The notes under the pieces were generated by a model. The model did no database searches. It was not told where the DNA came from and worked only from the letters and a program-made list of their open reading frames with translations. A stretch of DNA of 64,000 nt from an uncultured virus (IMG/VR IMGVR_UViG_3300034018_000714) (Duplodnaviria; Heunggongvirae; Uroviricota; Caudoviricetes), in IMG/VR virus record IMGVR_UViG_3300034018_000714, one strand, 5' to 3'. Below are positions 8,148-20,845 of this stretch, piece after piece. The position numbers and the translations under genes were made by a program. Position 1 is the first letter of the stretch; each line of letters opens with the position of its first letter.

Positions 8148-8482
8148 TGAGCGCCTCTGATCATGTAAACCCTCGGCTATTCCATGGAACAGGTCATTAT
8201 TTTGGTCCAGGAGAGACTATTGACCCAAGAAGTCCTGGCGCTAATCCTTCAAGAGAAAACCCAACTATTAATAAAACATATGCCACTAGTAATATGGAGT
8301 ATGCTCAATATTACGCTAAATTAGAAGCATGGGATAAGGGGATGTTGTTTGCCCCAGTTTATGAAGTAAAGATGGAAAACCCCGAACGCTTTGCTAATGA
8401 GTTGTATAGTTCAACCAAACCTTTAGTTCCAAAAAAGATTGCTGGATGGGGTACTTGGAACCAAATGAATGAAGATGAGTAA
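8147..8482 (+). CDS. Arr-like ADP-ribosyltransferase-fold protein (paralog of 2141-2503)
   Basis: Start revised to MSASDHVNPRLFHGT; TYATSN.EYA.YYA...GMLFAPVYEV. Confidence 0.7.
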   Translation: MSASDHVNPRLFHGTGHYFGPGETIDPRSPGANPSRENPTINKTYATSNMEYAQYYAKLEAWDKGMLFAPVYEVKMENPERFANELYSSTKPLVPKKIAGWGTWNQMNEDE

Positions 8483-8487
8483 TTCTG

Positions 8488-8517
8488 AATAATTATGCAC
8501 AGTTGTGTATAATTATT
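8488..8517. promoter_or_regulatory. Inverted repeat formed by two facing DnaA-box-like 9-mers
   Basis: TTATGCACA (8493-8501), 2-bp gap, TGTGTATAA (8504-8512); both fit TT[AT]TNCACA. Confidence 0.45.
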
Positions 8518-8535
8518 AATGAGGTCTTTACCCAC

Positions 8536-8568
8536 CGAGGGGGGCTGCTTGAGGGCGGCCCCTCTTCG
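8536..8568 (+). terminator. GC-rich stem-loop, probable terminator
   Basis: cgaggggggctgc...gcggcccctcttcg imperfect stem in an intergenic gap; no strong U-tract. Confidence 0.45.
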
Positions 8569-8587
8569 TGTCTAGTAGAATAGTTAT

Positions 8588-9088
8588 ATGGCAGGCAAAC
8601 GAATCTTAAATAATGATCAGTTTTTTTCTGAGGTTCATTCAGGTTTTAGTAGCCCTGTACGCATCATAAATGAACAAGGTATGTCAGAGTTAATTGGTCA
8701 TAAGGCTGATGTTCACCTCCACAGCCCTGCTACCGAAAAACTGGGGAGACCTATCTACAGTGTGTTAGTTGGTGGGATAGTCCAAGGTCAAGCCGAAAAC
8801 ATTTATCTTAGAGATTCAAAGATGAAGGTAGACAAGAAGCAACTACAGGCTCACCTTGATAGCCCAACAGGGGCTAAGACACGAAATACCTTTAACTCAG
8901 GAATTGTTGACAATGTTCCTGCGGAACCACCTACCCGTAGGTTAGATATGCGTCCAGGAATTATGCGAGATTTCAAAACAAAAGAAGATGTCTCTTCTGG
9001 TGTAAGTGGTACTTACCTTACCAGCAGAGTCAATACAAAAAATGTAGTAAAACCGTTTCTCGGCTATACCCCGTATCCTAAAAAGTAA
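8588..9088 (+). CDS. Hypothetical protein with N-terminal LNNDQF tag
   Basis: ORF track; TAGAAT-N6-ATG. Confidence 0.7.
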   Translation: MAGKRILNNDQFFSEVHSGFSSPVRIINEQGMSELIGHKADVHLHSPATEKLGRPIYSVLVGGIVQGQAENIYLRDSKMKVDKKQLQAHLDSPTGAKTRNTFNSGIVDNVPAEPPTRRLDMRPGIMRDFKTKEDVSSGVSGTYLTSRVNTKNVVKPFLGYTPYPKK

Positions 9089-9594
9089 TGCCTGCTCCAA
9101 ATGGTCCACAGTGGTACGAACACTGGCAAGACAAAGTTAAAAACGCACCAGACTCAGTAGTTAACGAGTACGAAGAGCGCCATACTGATATTAGAAAAAC
9201 TCCTAAACAAGTTCAAGAATGGTCACAATCTTCGGTATTTTCTCCAGCAGACTTTCCTACTAAAACACTAAGCAGTATGGATAGTCAAAACCCTAATGCC
9301 CAATCTACAGATCATCCTGACTTTCTACATGACATGATGAAAGGTACAGGTGTCCCTGAACATGTGACTGTTTATCACCATGGAGATGCACCTAAGGACG
9401 CTAAATATGCAAGCGGTTCTGTTGACCCTAACTGGAATAAAGATGTTAGAGAAGGGTGGCGCAGTACAGACCCTTCAGTAAATAAAGGTAGATTGCATAT
9501 CTATTTAGTACCTCATGAGGATATTTTGAGTGTGGCACCAATGGAGAAAGAGGTATTCTTCCGCCGTGGCGCACCACTCAGAAAAAAGAAGTAA
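9088..9594 (+). CDS. Putative ADP-ribosyltransferase-like protein (R-S-E-like topology)
   Basis: VTVYHHG...YASGSVDP...LHIYLVP..DIL...EKEVFF; MPAPNGPQW start. Confidence 0.5.
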   Translation: MPAPNGPQWYEHWQDKVKNAPDSVVNEYEERHTDIRKTPKQVQEWSQSSVFSPADFPTKTLSSMDSQNPNAQSTDHPDFLHDMMKGTGVPEHVTVYHHGDAPKDAKYASGSVDPNWNKDVREGWRSTDPSVNKGRLHIYLVPHEDILSVAPMEKEVFFRRGAPLRKKK

Positions 9595-9603
9595 ACTTAC
9601 TTA

Positions 9604-11031
9604 ATGCTGAAATCCCGTTTGCGGATTACAAGTTGTTTTTTGTGGCTATCGCTCACAATGTTGGGGTTTTATCCGTCATCTCCCGCTAAAGCCGAAACCT
9701 TAACCACCTCTGGTGCCAGTGACTTCTACTTTGAGTTAGAGGCTGGTAATACTTTTACTGTGCGCTCAACCGCCCAACAATACGGTATTGACAGCATGCT
9801 CTGGTTGTACAACAGTAATAACACTGTTCTGGTTTCAAATGATGACTACTTTGGTTTAGATTCATATATTTCTTATGATGTACAAGAAAGTGGTACATAC
9901 CGTCTCCGCACAGGAGTTTGTTGCGGTGATCCTAATAGGTGGTATGGAACTTCATACACAATTCAAACTAACTCTGTGCCTAGTGAAATGCCCCCACAAC
10001 CAACTACGACAACGACTAGCACCACCACAACGACAATTGCCCCGTATTTAAACGCCCCACAGAATTTAATTGTCACATCTACAAACCAAAATAAGGTTTA
10101 CTTATCATGGGATGCCCCAGAACAATCTAATGCTCAGGTAGAGAGATACGCTGTTTTTTTCTCAAATGACAACTGGCGTACTGGATGGGCAATTTCGTCA
10201 ATACAGACATCCGCAGTTGTTGAAGACCTAACACCGAATACCGAATACCAGTTTAAAGTTCGTGCTGATAACGATTCTATTACCGTTTATTCGGGATGGA
10301 GTAATGAGGTATCAGGTTTAACTTTGCCAGTACCTACGACAACGACCACTACAACGATTTATGTGGCACCTTCAACCACTGTGCAGCCAACCACCACGAC
10401 AACCGAGTTGACCACCACCACTTCTTCAACGACCACAACTTCTTCTTCAACAACGGTGCCACCAGTCGTGACGATGGCTCCAACCACAACCACAACGACA
10501 ACAGTGCCAGAAACAACAACCACAGTAATAATTCCATCAACTACGACTATAGCGCCTGAAGAAGACCCCGTGCAAGGGGTTGATACAGAGGTATTGGCTC
10601 TTCTGGGCGCTATTGCTGATCTTCCACAGGAAGAAATTCAAGCCGCTGTGGACAACATTATTGAAGAAGGTGTTAGCGCCGCAGAGGCTGAAGAACTGGC
10701 TACAAACCCTGATGTCATCCAATCGGTGACCGCAGAGCAAGCCGCAGAAATCTTTGATTCTGTGGAAGTATCTGATCTTTCTGACGAACAAGCAGAACAA
10801 CTGGTAGAAGCCGTTCAGGGCGCTTCAGAAGAAGTCAGAGCCGAATTTGAAGAAAGCATCAATGTGTTTGACAACAAGTTTAATAGTTATGTTCCCATTG
10901 GATCAAACATCAATGTTGGACAGCGTAAGGTTCTAGTAGCCGCAACTGGTGTATTATTTATGGCACCAGCAGTTACTGTAACTTCCTCGTCTTCCAGCGG
11001 TCACCAGTCAGATTCCCGTAAGAGGCAGTAG
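9604..11031 (+). CDS. Membrane-anchored surface protein: signal peptide, PPC-like domain, FN3 domain, Thr-rich stalk, C-terminal hydrophobic segment
   Basis: DSMLWLYN...NDDYFGLDSYI (PPC-like); APQNL..VYLSWDAP..LTPNTEYQFKVRA (FN3); long T-runs. Confidence 0.75.
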   Translation: MLKSRLRITSCFLWLSLTMLGFYPSSPAKAETLTTSGASDFYFELEAGNTFTVRSTAQQYGIDSMLWLYNSNNTVLVSNDDYFGLDSYISYDVQESGTYRLRTGVCCGDPNRWYGTSYTIQTNSVPSEMPPQPTTTTTSTTTTTIAPYLNAPQNLIVTSTNQNKVYLSWDAPEQSNAQVERYAVFFSNDNWRTGWAISSIQTSAVVEDLTPNTEYQFKVRADNDSITVYSGWSNEVSGLTLPVPTTTTTTTIYVAPSTTVQPTTTTTELTTTTSSTTTTSSSTTVPPVVTMAPTTTTTTTVPETTTTVIIPSTTTIAPEEDPVQGVDTEVLALLGAIADLPQEEIQAAVDNIIEEGVSAAEAEELATNPDVIQSVTAEQAAEIFDSVEVSDLSDEQAEQLVEAVQGASEEVRAEFEESINVFDNKFNSYVPIGSNINVGQRKVLVAATGVLFMAPAVTVTSSSSSGHQSDSRKRQ

Positions 11032-11201
11032 TGAATAGATTTTTTGAAGAATTGCAAGGTTTAGCATGGACCCTGGCTGGAACGGCTTTGGTTTTAATTA
11101 CTTTGTCTGGTCAAGTGCGTACTTATGGTCTGTGGATCAGCGGTGTAGCCCTAGTTGTACATGTTGTCTCTGCCATAGCCAAGGGCTCAGACGAGGACTA
11201 G
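11031..11201 (+). CDS. Small two-TM membrane protein (56 aa)
   Basis: Hand translation MNRFFEELQGLAWTLAGTALVLITLSGQVRTYGLWISGVALVVHVVSAIAKGSDED; start overlaps upstream stop. Confidence 0.65.
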   Translation: MNRFFEELQGLAWTLAGTALVLITLSGQVRTYGLWISGVALVVHVVSAIAKGSDED

Positions 11202-11223
11202 TAACCTCAAGTACAATAGATAC

Positions 11224-15520
<4,297 letters not shown>

Positions 15521-15521
<1 letters not shown>

Positions 15522-16729
15522 TGCCTACCAAAAAAGGCACATTTGCTTCTAGCATTGGTGAGTTACCAACCGTAACAACTAATGCTGTAACAAACTTTAA
15601 TCAAAATCAAGCAACTTTTAACGCTACTGTCAGCGCAAATAACTTATCAACAACTGTTTATTTTGATTACTCAACAAGTTCTGTTTTTTCTAGTTTTACA
15701 ACAGTGACAGCAACCACAACTACTGGACAAAACCAAACAATTTCTTCAACTGTTACTGGGTTATCAAATGGGACACTTTATTATGTCCGTTGCCGTGCAG
15801 TTAATGGCATTGGGACAACAACAGGTAGTTCTGTTTCATTTACTACTTGGAGTCTAAAGACTTATCTAAATACCACTGCTGGTGCTTATTCATTGTCTTT
15901 ACCCTCAATCCCTGGTGTTGCCCCTACCATTACAGAAATGCTTTTGTATGGTGGCGGTGGAGGAGCAAACTACGCAGGTGGAGGTGGAGGTGGATACCGC
16001 CTTTCCGCATCTCACACATCTTCCACTACAGGAACCCAAACGATTAGTGGAACTGTAGGTGCTGGTGGCGCAGGAGGAAATGGTGGCGGTGGCGCAGGCG
16101 GGGCTGGCGCAGGTGGAAACACAACATTAACTGTTGGTTCAACTACATGGACTGGTGGCGGCGGCGGTACTGGCGCACACCCTGGTACCTGTGGTGCGCC
16201 TAACGGAACTGGTGGTGCTGCTGGCTCAGGCACAAACACATCCCACGGCGGTGGAAACAACACCTATGGCTACTACTACGGTTATGCCTGTAACCCTTAT
16301 AACTGTAACCCCTACGCTTGCAACCCCTATCAGTGCAATCAGACCTGCTGTTCAGGGTATGACAAGAACGGAAACTGTCTTGGGTTTTGTTACGATACCT
16401 GCTATTCCACCTGTTACGAAACCTGTTACTCTACCTGTTATGCCTACGACTGTAACTATTACGCAGGTGGCGGTGGCGGTGGTACTGACGCAGGTGGCGC
16501 ATCTGCCGCCACACAAAATAGTACTTCCCATGTTGGTGGAGCAGGTGGCGCTGGAGGTGGAGCCTATGGTCTTCGTGGAGGAAACGGTGGCGGTGGTCGT
16601 GGAACCCAAGGAGTTGGAGCAAACGGCTCTGTCCCAGCAGGTAGCGGACCAATCGTAGGAACTGGTGGGCAAGGTTGGTTCAATGCAGGTGTCGCTGGTG
16701 GTGTAACCTTTAAATACTTCGGACCATAA
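15521..16729 (+). CDS. Fibre-associated protein: FN3-like domain plus glycine-rich domain with Cys/Tyr-rich insert
   Basis: TVTGLSNGTLYYVRCRAVN; GGGGG-rich repeats; CNPY and CYxT repeats. Confidence 0.7.
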
Positions 16730-16737
16730 GAGGATTC

Positions 16738-17823
16738 ATGATTGTTAAACCATTTAACATTGATGTTATTAAAACACACAAGTTGTTTTATGTACTAGAC
16801 CACATTGCAGAAACTACCGTAGATTTATACCGCCGTACTCCTGCTGGCGATGATCCATTTGTGGATGCCGAAGTATTTTCTATGCAAGATGGGCACCTTG
16901 TAGTTGCCATCGCACACCCTTTTAAATACTCTGCTAATAATTGTTTAATTGCTAAACAAGGGGATATTGAAGAGATTGTCAACCTTGTGTCATGGGAACG
17001 ACTTGTTGATTTTTATGACACAGACATCGCAAACACTGACCAAGGTTTCTTTGCTTTTTGTGATTCTCAAGCACTCTTTGACCCAGCAGTTGAGTGGCGG
17101 TGTGACAACACCATGTTTGGACCACACACTTTTATACGAGAAGATGGTCGCATTGTACCTACAATCAATAAACTAAAAGCGTATGAAACGATATTGAGCC
17201 TTCATGGTGTCGGTTATCTTATTTACTTACATCTTCATGACGATGCAGAAGTTCGTGAAAAATATAAAAATAACTCAGAAGTACCTTGCGTGGGTCTTAC
17301 GCTATCTGAATCTTTTAAATTACTTCATGAATGGTCGGAAGTAACTAAAGAACCGTTTAACAGTACACAAGACATTGCCCTTAAAGCATCTGAGTTTTTG
17401 AATACTTTTGGCTTTACCCCCGACCTTGTTGATAGCCAAGTTGACATGCAAGTTGCTAACTACTTAAAAGGTAGTGATCATGCACGGTTACGCCCTACGG
17501 ATGTACAGCCCAACAAACCAGAACTTATTGAGTTTGTTAAAAAGAATATGGCAAGTAGTTCACTATCATCGTTGTCAGTTCTTTACCCAGGAATTTGGGA
17601 TACGCAGGAACTTTTAAATGCGGAGCAAGATGAACTAAATGCTGGTATCCAACGATTTAGGGACTACTACCAAATTCCAGAAGATTGGGAAATGTCTGAT
17701 ACTTACCGAATCGTTGAGCATTGCCAATTACACATTCATGAAACAGTTGGACCATATGTACATAACCAGTTAAGATTATTTAAAAACAAGAAGCAGGTCC
17801 TTGATGAGATTCCACATAGTTAG
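16738..17823 (+). CDS. Hypothetical protein (361 aa)
   Basis: Long ORF with RBS (aagagga); no motif recognised. Confidence 0.75.
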   Translation: MIVKPFNIDVIKTHKLFYVLDHIAETTVDLYRRTPAGDDPFVDAEVFSMQDGHLVVAIAHPFKYSANNCLIAKQGDIEEIVNLVSWERLVDFYDTDIANTDQGFFAFCDSQALFDPAVEWRCDNTMFGPHTFIREDGRIVPTINKLKAYETILSLHGVGYLIYLHLHDDAEVREKYKNNSEVPCVGLTLSESFKLLHEWSEVTKEPFNSTQDIALKASEFLNTFGFTPDLVDSQVDMQVANYLKGSDHARLRPTDVQPNKPELIEFVKKNMASSSLSSLSVLYPGIWDTQELLNAEQDELNAGIQRFRDYYQIPEDWEMSDTYRIVEHCQLHIHETVGPYVHNQLRLFKNKKQVLDEIPHS

Positions 17824-18865
17824 TCTTCCTCACACAAACACCACTGAAGATTTTACGGCTTGCGCCTATACAGAAAAGATTCGCAAGTTCTGCATCATGA
17901 TGAAAGACCTTGGTCATACGGTATACCTGTATGGCGGAGAGTTTAATGAAGCACCTTGTGACGAACACATTGTTTGTATTACAGAAGAAGAACGGCTTGT
18001 TGCAGTCGGAGACAACCATTACTCAGCGGCTTCCTTTGATTGGACACTTCCCCACTGGGTTAGTTTCAACAATAATGTCATCAAGGGGATCCAAGAGCGT
18101 CTAGAGCACAAAGACTTTATTTGTCTTATATCTGGTTATGCTTCCAAACCAATTGCTGATGCTTTCCCCAACGAACTGAGTGTGGAGTTCGGTATTGGTT
18201 ATGGTGGATCATTTGCACCATTTAAGGTGTTTGAGTCCTACGCATGGATGCATTCCTGCTATGGGTCTAAGGTTACAGACCCTCATGCCCTTGACGGAAA
18301 GTTCTATGACACCGTCATTCCTAGTTACATTGATGTTGATGATTTTCCATTGCAAGAAACACCTGGGGATTACTATCTATACATGGGACGCCTTATTGAG
18401 CGCAAGGGCTATCAGATAGCCGTAGATGTCTGTAAGGCTCTAGGGAAGCGTCTGGTGATCGCTGGACAGGGTGTACCACCAGAGTACGGTGAGTATGTAG
18501 GTGTTGTAGGAACAGAAAAAAGAGCCGAACTCATGGGAGGCGCAATAGCCCTATTTGCACCCACAATTTATGTGGAGCCTTTTGGAACAGTGGCTATTGA
18601 AGCGATGGCTTGTGGCACCCCTGTTATCTCTACCGACTGGGGCGCTTTTACTGAAACTGTCCAAGACGGAGTGACGGGGTTCCGTTGCCATACTCTTCAA
18701 GAGTTTGTAGATGCGGCTAAAAAGGCTCCAGAACTAGACAGGAAATCAATCAGCACCTACGCTAAAGACCGATACGGTCTTACCCCCGTTGGTTTAATGT
18801 ATGAGAAGTACTTCAATCGCCTCCTCACTTTGTGGGAAGATGGTTGGTACCAATTAAAGGATTAA
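17804..18865 (+). CDS. GT-B fold glycosyltransferase (GT4 / Glycos_transf_1)
   Basis: YMGRLIERKG; EPFGTVAIEAMACGTPVISTDWGAFTETVQDGVTGF. Confidence 0.9.
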   Translation: MRFHIVSLPHTNTTEDFTACAYTEKIRKFCIMMKDLGHTVYLYGGEFNEAPCDEHIVCITEEERLVAVGDNHYSAASFDWTLPHWVSFNNNVIKGIQERLEHKDFICLISGYASKPIADAFPNELSVEFGIGYGGSFAPFKVFESYAWMHSCYGSKVTDPHALDGKFYDTVIPSYIDVDDFPLQETPGDYYLYMGRLIERKGYQIAVDVCKALGKRLVIAGQGVPPEYGEYVGVVGTEKRAELMGGAIALFAPTIYVEPFGTVAIEAMACGTPVISTDWGAFTETVQDGVTGFRCHTLQEFVDAAKKAPELDRKSISTYAKDRYGLTPVGLMYEKYFNRLLTLWEDGWYQLKD

Positions 18866-18867
18866 TC

Positions 18868-19194
18868 ATGCACTCTTGTCCATCTATTGTCCACCGTGCC
18901 TTAGTTACTTTTACTAACGCATCTACAGGTGAAATCAGGATAAAGATTCCTGCTGTCACAGGTAATAACACAGAGATTTCAATTTCTCGTATTGGTCGTC
19001 AACCATCTGGTGGTACTTGGGCTGTCCCAAATGTGGGAGAACAAATTATTGTTTCTGCGGATGATTCAAACATGACAAATGTGTTTTGGCTACAGACAAA
19101 TGGTGGTTCTCAAGATGGTTCAACTAATCTAGATGGTGGTTTCCCCAATTCTACATACGGTGGAATTGATTCAATTAACGCAGGTGGTGTGTAA
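18868..19194 (+). CDS. Gp5/gpV-like baseplate OB-fold protein, truncated
   Basis: [10 protein letters not shown]...[21 protein letters not shown] typical of Gp5-N OB domain; ends in LDGG motif. Confidence 0.65.
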   Translation: MHSCPSIVHRALVTFTNASTGEIRIKIPAVTGNNTEISISRIGRQPSGGTWAVPNVGEQIIVSADDSNMTNVFWLQTNGGSQDGSTNLDGGFPNSTYGGIDSINAGGV

Positions 19195-19715
19195 TGCCAA
19201 TTAAAATTCAACTTCGTAGAGGAACAGCGGCTGAATGGACTGCTGCTAACCCCACACTTGCTGAGGGTGAGATGGGTCTTGAAAAAGACACTGGTAAGTT
19301 TAAAGTAGGTACTGGAACCACTGCGTGGACTTCTCTTGCGTACTCTTCAGGGCCTGCTGGTCCTACAGGGGCAGCATCTACAATTGCAGGACCAACAGGT
19401 CCGACTGGTGCTACTGGTCCCGTAGGTGCAACAGGTGCAAACAGTACCGTAGCAGGTCCAACAGGTCCAACAGGGCTAACAGGACCAACGGGTCCCACTG
19501 GAATTGGTGCGACAGGTGCTACTGGTCCCACTGGTCTAACGGGTGCAACAGGTGCTACTGGCCCCGTAGGCGCTACTGGCCCCGCAGGTGGACCAACTGG
19601 TCCCACAGGTGCTACTGGTCCTACAGGTGCCACAGGTCCCGCTTCTACTGCAATTACCGTATCTGCTAGTGGTCCCACAGGTGGAAGTAACGGTGATGTT
19701 TGGATTGTGGTTTAA
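19194..19715 (+). CDS. Mtd_N-like domain plus collagen fibre protein
   Basis: [35 protein letters not shown] followed by GPT/GAT repeats. Confidence 0.8.
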   Translation: MPIKIQLRRGTAAEWTAANPTLAEGEMGLEKDTGKFKVGTGTTAWTSLAYSSGPAGPTGAASTIAGPTGPTGATGPVGATGANSTVAGPTGPTGLTGPTGPTGIGATGATGPTGLTGATGATGPVGATGPAGGPTGPTGATGPTGATGPASTAITVSASGPTGGSNGDVWIVV

Positions 19716-19718
19716 GAC

Positions 19719-20372
19719 ATGGCTCTCAAAGCCAACAAAAATGGAACATGGGTTGGTGGTGATGACCAATCCCAAGGAACCGTTATGTATGGTAAATCAG
19801 CAGGAAACTGGCTTTACGCTAAAAGTGTATGGGCTAAGAAAGACGGCGTATGGGCACGGGCATGGACTGATTGCCGTAGGCATGACGCTGGTGGTCGTGA
19901 TTGGGGAACAACTACTTTAAGTGCTGTGTACTCAGGGTCATGTGGCAACCGCACCTACCAGATTCCCACTCGTTATACAAAGGATGGTTGTCCATCTTAT
20001 GATGTTGCTGGTTCTACTGTTTCTTCCCCTGACTGCAATAGCGGTTGCTTTACTGCATCATCGGTGGATTGCGCTGGCTGCGGTTCTGCCACTTTGTATA
20101 CCGCTAATAGTGGTTCTGGTTGCACTACTTACACAACTGGTTCCTGTGGTTCATGGACTTCATACTTTGATTTTGTTACCATCCAACTTAACAATGGTCA
20201 GTATGTAACTGGAACTATTTGGGGATGGCTATACTCCGATAGTGCAGGAACTGCTAATGCATCCTGTTCAGGCGGTTCAGGGCTAGTTGGCCCTGAGAAT
20301 GTAGATAGTTGCTCTGTTGGCGGCTATCGTAAGACAGGTACAGACCAGTGCGTAATCATTAGTTGCTGTTAA
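19719..20372 (+). CDS. Cys-rich putative fibre tip/receptor-binding protein
   Basis: N-terminal K.NGTW / K..G.W repeats, many Cys; follows fibre gene. Confidence 0.55.
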   Translation: MALKANKNGTWVGGDDQSQGTVMYGKSAGNWLYAKSVWAKKDGVWARAWTDCRRHDAGGRDWGTTTLSAVYSGSCGNRTYQIPTRYTKDGCPSYDVAGSTVSSPDCNSGCFTASSVDCAGCGSATLYTANSGSGCTTYTTGSCGSWTSYFDFVTIQLNNGQYVTGTIWGWLYSDSAGTANASCSGGSGLVGPENVDSCSVGGYRKTGTDQCVIISCC

Positions 20373-20380
20373 GGAGCGAT

Positions 20381-20563
20381 ATGTCACATTTTATTTTTGT
20401 AGTAGATGGAGAAGTAGCAGGCGAAATGCCTGTCCCAAATATCCAGTCGGATGCTGTTGATAAGTTGATAGCCATTCTCAGCAGCGACCCAAAGATTATT
20501 GTCTCCGATGTCCCTGTTGAAGAAGGGTTGCTTTGGAACGGTGAAGGGTTTGTTAGGCCATGA
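20381..20563 (+). CDS. Small hypothetical protein (fibre assembly-like)
   Basis: RBS aaggag before ATG 20381; FIFVVDGEVA...VEEGLLWNGEGF. Confidence 0.6.
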   Translation: MSHFIFVVDGEVAGEMPVPNIQSDAVDKLIAILSSDPKIIVSDVPVEEGLLWNGEGFVRP

Positions 20564-20802
20564 GTCCTTGGCAAGACTGGAAGGCTAAGAACCTAGCCAA
20601 ACAACAAGCAGGAATCGTTACCCCTACAGCCCTTTTTAATCCTGATACTCCAAAAGTATCTGACACTGTGAAAGCAGAGCGATTGGCAATTTGTGAAGCC
20701 TGCCCACACTACTTGATTACCCATCAATGTAGTAAGTGTGGTTGTCATATGCCTACAAAAACAGAGTTGCTACACGCTTCTTGTCCTGTAAATAAGTGGT
20801 GA
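20560..20802 (+). CDS. Small Cys-rich metal-binding protein
   Basis: RLAICEACP...QCSKCGC.M..K......CP.NKW. Confidence 0.7.
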   Translation: MSPWQDWKAKNLAKQQAGIVTPTALFNPDTPKVSDTVKAERLAICEACPHYLITHQCSKCGCHMPTKTELLHASCPVNKW

Positions 20803-20845
20803 TTCTGCATCAACGAGCCTTGACTAGATAGGCTAAAATAGGTGC

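Noticed and set aside
19194..19715. Diversity-generating retroelement suggested by the Mtd_N-like domain
   Set aside because: No reverse transcriptase and no template/variable repeat pair seen in the window; Mtd_N is a common fibre anchor
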